From the human T2T-CHM13v2.0 reference genome, Homo sapiens, in NCBI RefSeq assembly GCF_009914755.1, contig NC_060944.1: a stretch of 64,000 bases of DNA; one strand, 5' to 3'. Under the pieces are notes generated by a model. The model saw nothing but the letters and a program-made list of their open reading frames with translations. It was not told the DNA's origin and did not search any database. Position numbers and translations under genes: made by a program. Positions 1 through 13,345 of the stretch are shown piece after piece. Position 1 is the stretch's first letter. The number at the start of each line of letters is the position of its first letter.

Positions 1-155
1 ACTTGGCAGGCTGAGGCAGGAGAATCACTTGAACTTGGGAGGCAGAGGTTGCAGTGAACTGATATTGTGCCACTGAACTCCAGCCTGGGCAACAGAGCGA
101 AACCCTGTCTCAAAAAAATAATAAATAAAAAATAACAAAACAAAACAAAACAAAC
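1..155 (+). mobile_element. Alu right arm plus A-rich tail (truncated by window edge)
   Basis: GGCTGAGGCAGGAGAATCACTTGAAC...CCAGCCTGGGCAACAGAGCGAAACCCTGTCTC followed by an A-rich tail. Confidence 0.95.
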
Positions 156-164
156 CATGGAGCA

Positions 165-791
<627 letters not shown>

Positions 792-1356
792 TCAGAAAGG
801 ATGCAGAAGACCTGGACAATGCCATCAACCAACTTGCTCTAGTTGATGTTTATAGAACACCCCAACCACCCACATCAGAATACAGTCTTTTCAACTGGAT
901 AGGTAACATCTACCAAGATAAACCATAATTTGGACCATAAAATATGTCTCAATAAATTTAAACTTTAGAAAAATATGTCCTCAACCACGACTGAATTTAA
1001 TTTCAAATCTAATGTAAAGATATTTGAGATATTGTAAATCTCCGAACATTTGGCAACTAAATAATACATTTCTAAATGTCTCACGGGTCAAAGAAATCAA
1101 AAGGGAAGTTATAAAGTATTTAGAAATGAGCAAAAATGAAAACGACAACATCAAAATTCATGGAATATAGCTAAAGAAATACTTAGAAAAGTATAGCAAT
1201 CACAAAAGAAGACAAGTATCAAATTATTAATCTCAACTTCTGCACTGTTGAAAAGGAAGAGTAGAAAAGGAAGAGTAAAGTAAGCAGAACTGTGCGTCAG
1301 TTTCCATTGTATTTCTAAATACAATAAAAAACAGAAAAACCGTAGAGAAAAGCTCA

Positions 1357-1767
<411 letters not shown>

Positions 1768-1809
1768 TCAGGAATAGGCGGTGACAGCAGTAAAGATTCT
1801 AAAGATACT

Positions 1810-2112
1810 GGACGGGTGCAGTGGCTCATGCCTATACTCCCAACACTTTGGGAGGCCAGGGTGCACAGGCCGCTTAAGCTTAGAAGTTTATAACCAGCCT
1901 GGGCAACATGGCAAAACCCCATCTCCACGAAAAACACCAACAATTAGCCGGGAGTGGTGGCGCATGTCTGTGATTCCAGCTACTTGGGAGGCTGGAGGTA
2001 GGAGGATCACTTGAGCCTGGGAGGCAGAGGCTGCAGTGAGCTGTGATCATGCCACTGCACTCCAGCCTGGGTGACAGTGAGACCCTGTCTCAAAAATAAA
2101 ATGAAGAAAAAA
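1810..2112 (+). mobile_element. Alu (diverged, AluJ-like)
   Basis: GGAGGATCACTTGAGCCTGGGAGG and GGCTGCAGTGAGCTGTGATC features typical of AluJ. Confidence 0.9.
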
Positions 2113-2446
2113 AGCTTCTGTAGATATTGAACGTATATTAAGGGGCTATTATGAACAACTTTATGGCAATAAAATCAACAACTTAGACAAAATGGGCAAA
2201 TTCCTCAAAATACATAAATTACAAAAGCTCACTCAAGAATAAATAGATAACTTTATTTTCTCTATATCTGTTGATAAAATTGAACTGGTAATTAAGGACC
2301 TTCTCATAGAGAAAATGCCTCTAACAGATGTCTTCACGAGCGAATCCTACTAAACATTTAAGGAAGAAATAATACCAGTTCTATTGGTAATACGAACTCT
2401 TCCAAGAAACTGAACAGGAGGGGATACTTTCTAAAGCATTCTATGA

Positions 2447-3156
<710 letters not shown>

Positions 3157-3179
3157 AAAATTATTTTTAAATAATGTTA

Positions 3180-3515
<336 letters not shown>

Positions 3516-3655
3516 CTACAAAATACTGTTGAAATAAATTAAAAAGATGGACAAATATAGAGATATACTATGTTCATGGATTGGAAGGTTCGATAGTGTT
3601 AAGATGTCTGTTATTCCCAAAACTGATGTATGCAGTTCCAATAAAAACCCAGCAG

Positions 3656-4342
<687 letters not shown>

Positions 4343-4609
4343 AGCAGGGTTTTTTTTCTTTCTTTCTCTCTCAAATTCTTGGAAGGTTGAGCAGGGCAGG
4401 GTCACCAGGCCTGCCGGCAACTGCTCCCCTTCCTCTCATCCTCCTGTAGCTTCTTGGACTCCTGGGCCAATTGATTTTTCTGTTCCGTGATGTGGAGTGA
4501 TCAAAGCTGGTTCTGGGTTTTCTGGAGCTGGATCTTTGATTGCCTTTGATTTAAAAGCATTGGTAACCGTTTCCCACGGGAAAGAGGTGCTGATAATTCA
4601 TGCAAATGA

Positions 4610-5367
<758 letters not shown>

Positions 5368-5492
5368 CTTTTTTTTTTTTTTTTAAATAGAGGCAAGGTT
5401 CACCATGTTGCCCAGCCTTGTCTCCAACAAGCTCAAGGGATTCACCTCCTCACCGACAGTGCTCCCACAGGCGTGAGCCACCACGCCCCACC
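5368..5492 (-). mobile_element. Alu left-monomer (FLAM-like) fragment
   Basis: TTCACCATGTTGCCCAG...ACAGGCGTGAGCCACCACGCC. Confidence 0.75.
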
Positions 5493-6865
<1,373 letters not shown>

Positions 6866-7103
6866 TGCTTTAAATGCCTGGCTTGGAGTCTGAAAAAGGA
6901 ACCTGAAAGCCTCTATGACTGCCTTAACGTAAGTCCTTATCTCCTGTAGCCATGGGGCTGAGATTTCTGCAAAGCAAACCTGAAGCCTAGTCTCCTGGAT
7001 GATTTAATTACAGCCTAAACTGCAGTTTCGACTTTGCAGTGCCTCTTTTGTTAAAGTTAGGGAAGTTGGGAAAGAATGGGAACCTGACGTTGCAATGGGG
7101 GCA

Positions 7104-8094
7104 TGTGGGCGGCAAGCCACCCAGGTGCCGAGGCAAGAGACCGAGGGCACGAGCTGTTCCAGTGTAATAAAATATATAAAACAACAAGAGTTATACCAGA
7201 TACAGATCATAGACATGATTATATATGAATATCTTTCATCATTAGTTTGTAGCAATTACTCTTTATAATGCTTGCTCTATAATCATAATCTAGGAAAAAC
7301 CAGGCCATACAGAGACAGGAGCTGAGGGGACATGGTGAGAAGTGACCAGAAGACAAGAGTGTGAACCTTCTGTTACGCCCGGACAGGGCCACCAGAGGGC
7401 TCCTTGGTCTAGCGGTGACGCCAGCGTCTGGGAAGACGCCCGTTGCCAGACGGACCGTGGTCTAGCGGTAGCCTCAGTGTCACGGAAAAACACCCGCTAC
7501 TTAGCAGACGGGGAAAGGGAGTCTCCCTTTCCCCGGGGGAGTTTAGAGAAGACTCTACTCCTCCACCTCTTGCGGAGGGCCTGACATCAGTCAGGCCCGC
7601 CCGCAGTTATCCGGAGGCCTAACCGTCTCCCTGTGATGCTGTGCTTCAGTGGTCACGCTCCTAGTCCGCCTTCATGTTCCATCCTGTGCACCTGGCTCTG
7701 CCTTCTAGATAGCAGCAGCAAATTAGTGAAAGTACTGAAAGTCTCTGATAAGCAGAAATAATGGCGTAAGCGGTCTCTGTCTCTCCCTCTCTGTCTCTGC
7801 CTTGGCTGCCAGGCAGGGGAGGGCCCCCTGTCCAGTGGACACGTGACCCACGTGACCTTACCTATCACTGGAGATGACTCACACTCCTTACCCTGCCCCT
7901 TTTGCTTTGTATCCAATAAATAACAATGCAGCCAGACATTCGGAGCCACTACTGGTCTCTGCGCATTGGTGGTAGTGGTTCCCCGGGCCCAGCTGTCTTT
8001 TCTTTTATCTCTTTGTCTTGTGTCTTTATTTTTACACTCTCTCGTCACCGCACACAGGGAGAAGCCCACCGACCCTGTGGGGCTGGTCCCTACA
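7104..8094 (+). mobile_element. LTR13-type (HERV-K13/HML-4) solo LTR
   Basis: Begins TGTGGGCGGCAAGCCACCCAGG, ends GGCTGGTCCCTACA (TG...CA); 991 bp; AATAAA at 7915-7920; 6-bp TSD GGGGCA at 7098-7103 and 8095-8100. Confidence 0.9.
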
Positions 8095-8757
8095 GGGGCA
8101 TGTGGGAAGATCCCAGTGAAGCTGAGGACCACGAGCCCTGCAAGTCCATTGGGATCTGCCGGTGAACTCCGCAGGTCGTCTTTGAAGGCACATGTGGCTC
8201 TTCTGCCACTGCCTGGGGAGCTGAGACCCCTTTGCCCAAAGACCCTCAAGTGCCTTCCCTAGGGAGCTGCCCTGTAAGGTGCCGCCGTCCTGCCCGGGAC
8301 TCACCACCACCTCTGTGTTCCTTCTAGACCTAGATCCAGACTGGAGTTCCAGCAGGCCCCAAAAGAGAAAGTGTGAGGTGTGGCCTACAAATATGTTTCC
8401 CTACGAAAACCTGCGGAAAATGTGTGGAAATCGATGTTGAGAGTGCGGGATCTGGGTGGGAGGAATATAAGCTTGCGTAAGTGGACAGGGACTCAGATAC
8501 GAGATTCTGGATTTGATGCGTTGGAGGGAACGGCTGGGAGTGACCCACCCCCCACCCCCATTTTCTTCATCAGTCACCGAAACTTTCGCCCCACAGGTAG
8601 CTGACCCTAAATTCAGTGAAATCCAGAACTTTCCTGGCACACTGGAGAGGACGGCAGAACGCTGGAATGGATTTATCGTGCAAGACCAGCTTGATGTCCT
8701 TAGGGCTTGGAGGTCACCCCTTCACGAGGATTGTGAGGAGTGAATTCATCGGGGAGC

Positions 8758-9643
8758 CCCGCACCCTCACCTGCACCCTCACCCCCACCCCCACCCCCAC
8801 CCCCACCCCCACCCCCACCCGCACCCCCACCCCCACCCGCACCCCCACCCCCACCCCCACCCGCACCCCCACCCCCACCCCCACCCGCACCCCCACCCCC
8901 ACCCGCACCCCCACCCCCACCCCCACCCGCACCCCCACCCCCACCCCCACCCGCACCCGCACCCCCACCCCCACCCGCACCCGCACCCCCACCCCCACCC
9001 CCACCCGCACCCCCACCCCCACCCCCACCCCCACCCGCACCCGCACCCGCACCCCCACCCTCACCCTCACCCGCACCCGCACCCCCACCCCCACCCCCAC
9101 CCGCACCCGCACCCCCACCCCCACCCCCACCCCCACCCCCACCCCCACCCCCACCCGCACCCGCACCCGCACCCCCACCCTCACCCTCACCCGCACCCGC
9201 ACCCCCACCCCCACCCGCACCCCCACCCGCACCCCCACCCCCACCCCCACCCCCACCCGCACCCGCACCCCCACCCCCACCCCCACCCCCACCCCCACCC
9301 CCACCCCCACCCCCACCCTCACCCGCACCCCCACCCTCACCCCCACCCTCACCCCCACCCTCACCCGCACCCTCACCCGCACCCGCACCCCCACCCTCAC
9401 CCACACCCTCACCCCCACCCTCACCCCCACCCCCACCCTCACCCGCACCCGCACCCCCACCCTCACCCCCACCCCCACCCCCACCCTCACCCTCACCCTC
9501 ACCCGCACCCGCACCCCCACCCGCACCCCCACCCTCACCCCCACCCTCACCCCCACCCTCACCCCCACCCCCACCCTCACCCGCACCCTCACTCGCACCG
9601 CACCCTCACTGGCACCCTCACCCACACCGCACCCACACCCACA
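8758..9643. repeat. ~885-bp hexamer tandem array (CCCCCA/CCCGCA/CCCTCA)n, about 147 units
   Basis: Directly visible; minus strand reads (TGGGGG/TGCGGG/TGAGGG)n. Confidence 0.99.
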
Positions 9644-11849
9644 TCGGGGAAGAGCTCCATGATCATTCTTTTCTGTAGGCGAAAAACTGCGGCGGGAACT
9701 GCTGCCATGCAGCTGGGCTCCCAATGCAGTGGGGATGGTGGCGCTCTGGGCTGGCGGGAGCTATCCTGCCGGACGTGATTCCCAGCACAGCCGTGAGCGG
9801 CAGCAGAGGCGCAGTCATCTGACCCACATAGTTCCCGCGTTGCCTGATGGGCGCAGCTTCCCTAGAACTGAAAAAAAAGGACATCCTGCCAAAGGCGTCC
9901 CCGTTCTGTGCTGGCAGAAAGGCTGTAGGTCCGAGAGCAGGAGTCCTGCGCTCTGACTGGAAGCCCCAACACAGAGTCCCGGGCCCTCGGCCAAGTTCCA
10001 GACTCTGGACAGACCCAGGCCCCTGGAATGAAGGACAGACTGAGTCTCCCAGAGGAAGGGGCCCTGCTAAATGCCAAAAACATGCAGCTAATCTTCCCAC
10101 CGCCCCTTCCCAAAGGAATCTTCCTCTGTTTATCAGGAGTCTGTGCAACGGGAATGGGAAATAATCAGGCCTTTTAGGAATTACTAGACCCTGGAGCTGA
10201 AAGGACATTCATTTCAGGAGGCCCAGATGCCAGGCAGAGCTGTGGTTTATGGAGGCGGACGACGGAGTTGGTTCAGGTTTTCCTCTGAGGAGGCCCAGTG
10301 AGCCTCCCGGCCTCCTGTGGAACAGACATACTCAGCCAATGGCAGGGTCCCCACATGGTCCCCTGAGCCCTGGAGTGAGGTCGGCTGGGAGCAGCAGAGC
10401 AGCCGGAGGAGGAGGAGCAAACCCCAGGCCACAGCGTGCTCCTGGAGGGACCCCGATTTTGTCAAAATTTAGATGCAGAGAGAAAAAGATTAAGGAAAAT
10501 ACCAAATTAACGACAGCAGTGACTGCTGGGTGTGACGTTTTGGGCAGGCTTGGTTCTTCTCCCTTTTGCTAGGTGTCCCACAGGAAGACGGACCCAGCAT
10601 GTGGGGACCTGCACCCAGCCAGTCTCGCCCTGGCTCAGCCTGTTCACTGGCGCTGCCCTGCCACTGAGGGCTGAGGTCACTGTCCGTCTGGGCATGTCTC
10701 ATGTGGTCTTTCCTTTTCTCCCCTTCTGGTTAGGCCCCCTGAGCTCAGCCACAGCCACGATCCCCACTGCCGCCTCCTCCCTGGGACTCGCTGATGCCTG
10801 GTGTGGGGAGGGTGCTGGCTGCTTTGGGTGTTACCCCCCGTTGGAGGCCCCCGTGCCGAGTTCTCGAGTGAGATGGCTCTTTCCATTTTCCCCCGACAGC
10901 TGCCTCGGCCTCTGTGCTAGAACAGGGAGCTACAGCTCAGTGACCCTGTGGTGCCTTGTGGGCCTGTGGGTGCCAGGGCTCCGGGGCCTGGGCCTTTTCC
11001 TGCTTGGTGTGGCTGACCGGGACGCGGCCGACCCCAGGGGCATACTGGAGCTAGGTCTTCCTCGCCATGTTTCCACAGTGAGCCCTTTGGCTGCACAGGT
11101 CACGGTCTGGAGCTGTTGGAGGAGGCTGCTCAGAGCTGTTGCTGCCCCACCAGACACTTGGCCAAGGGGCCTGCACCGGTCTGCGCGGGAACGTCCCACC
11201 GGCGTCTGCTCATGGCTGGGCTGTGGACCCATACGCTTGTTCGGAAGCCAAGCTCTGGCCCACAGGCGACCAGAGGAAGCTCGCAGGCCAGGCGCCAGCT
11301 CCCCGAGCCTGTCCCTGCAGCCGCGCTGTGTGCAGGCACGTGGGCCACCGCGTCTCCTCCACTGGCACTGCTGGGTCTGGGCCGCCAAGCCCACCTGCCC
11401 ACCTGCATCCTCAGCAGCAGCACGCCCCGCAGTCGGCGGGTGCACACTCTGCTGCAGCCTGGATGGGCTGGGGCCTCGGGGCTCACTCCCCAACCATGAG
11501 ACTCCTTCACCGCAGTTGAGGCTGTTGCAGTGGTCTCGGGCTCCCACTCAGCCCCAGGAGAGGGTCTGAAGGGGGTGAGTCCCTCCTCCCGACCTTCCTG
11601 CCCATCGTCTCCAGAGCTGGATGGTGCTGGGTCCCCACAGGGAGCGAGACAGCTGCCCCGTGACGGAAGGATGTGGGGACCCGCACCCGGCCGGTCTCAC
11701 CCTGGGCTCAGCATGAGTTCAGGGAGGGGTCCAAAGGGCACTCCTGCCCACGCCCAGGCAAACCAGCAACAAGAAACTGGGTGGCCAGGGCGTCCGTGCA
11801 CGACCCCAAACTTCTCCGCGTTAGAAAAAGGCTGATGAAGACCCGAGAC

Positions 11850-13345
11850 AGAAACTTCCTGTAGCTGTTTATTCTACTGCGAGTAACAAAACCTAGGTCG
11901 TTCCATGTTCTCATGTACAGTGATATAAGCCTCCGCAATATAAAATACAATGTACAGGAATCTCTATCAAGTAAACTAAAGAAACACACTTGATTTTTAC
12001 ATTTGTGTATTTAAATTAGAAAAATTTGCTTTATATGTTAAACAAACAAAACCTTCTCATCGTACTAGATGTTGGAACGTGACACCTACTTTAATGTAAT
12101 TTAACCTATGGACACTTGGCTTTCAACACCAAACATCTCAAACTGATACATTCTCAATGTTTTCTTAACTTAAAAAATCTGTGCTATAAAGTGAAAAATC
12201 TGTAGTGACGTACAATGGAATAACAGACTCCAAAGAACAAGTGAAGTTCTTTAATTTTACATCTGTAAAAGTTTATGAAAATATAAAAAATTATCAAAGT
12301 GTATTTGTACAAATAAATTAGCCAGATTTTTTTACTTCACACTTCAGAAGTACTCGAAAAATACACGACAAGCAAGAGACTGTTTCACAGTGAACAGCTT
12401 CCTGTCTCATTTGCAGTTCTTGAGCTAGTGATCACTAGTTCCCGTCTCAGACTTTACACAAGTCTTGTTCCACGTTCAAGGACAAACTTTTACATGTATC
12501 GTCTGACAAATACCAGTTTGGGGCCGAGCGTACTTTTCCCGGGATACAGAAGAACTGCTCAGAAGGCGAAACTGGACCAACAAAACTCCTGATTATTCAA
12601 ATCAAGGACTCCTCCCTGCCCCCAAAGTACACTTAATTGGTTTGTTACTTTTTTTAGGCTGGTAAAACTTAACATTTTTCAATAAATTGTTATTTAAAAT
12701 GCAACAATTATACTAGGACAGATGTTGCTTTAAATCATGTTTTGGAAAAAATTGATAAGGTGATATATAAAATCTGAGCACGCTAAGAAATGTGTTTCTG
12801 TTTCCCAGTTGAAAATTGTAATTCCAATTTTATGACAAAAGAAAGATGCATTTGTAAGGTTTGTGTTTCTCAAGACTCCAGATACAAGCTACTAAGACTT
12901 CTCCCGTAGCCGCAGGGTGGACGCCTGCAGGTCACGCCCACACCGGCCTCCGGGGCGGCGGCTAAGACCTGTAAAAGCAGCTTTTGGAAACACAAACGGA
13001 TGAGATGTCAGTGAAGGTATGGCTCTAGGGTCCAACGAAACTCCCTTAAAATTTACAATAAAGTTATTGGAAAAGATAACTATGATCTGAAAAGCAATAT
13101 GCTCCGTAGGCAATTTCCCATTTCTTTTAATTTTAAATGGAAATATTAAAGTTTAGTTTTTTTAAAAAAGCATCAGAATTGTAAAGATGTGAAATCTTGT
13201 AAGAAACCATTTACACAAAATTACAGTAATGTTTAAGTCCAGAATATTCTATCCTGAATCTAAGATCGTGGCTATTTCAAAAGCTATTTGTTCAACGCAT
13301 CTTACGAACGTGGCTTTAAAAAGGGTCTCTGCCCGGCCGGGGCGT
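11850..13345 (-). other. DIDO1: DIDO3 3'UTR
   Basis: AT-rich, repeat-free segment between the TAG at 13346 and the poly(A) signal. Confidence 0.8.
11868..11873 (-). terminator. DIDO1: Distal poly(A) signal of DIDO1 (DIDO3 isoform)
   Basis: TTTATT (AATAAA on minus) at the end of the AT-rich 3'UTR, followed by GU/U-rich sequence. Confidence 0.8.

Noticed and set aside
8758-9643. SVA (CCCTCT)n head, or a canonical interstitial telomere
   Set aside because: The units are CCC[C/G/T]CA, with no CCCTCT or CCCTAA runs, and no SVA Alu-like or SINE-R body follows.
8625-9900. Apparent Ty3/Gypsy (LDOC1/RTL-like) gag: [23 protein letters not shown] and a GHPAK pseudo zinc knuckle
   Set aside because: The same bases fit ERV-L gag colinearly and much better ([26 protein letters not shown]); the resemblance is coincidental.
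10532-11569. 345-aa + strand ORF
   Set aside because: Non-ATG start, GC-rich composition makes long open frames likely, and there is no recognisable domain or splice structure.
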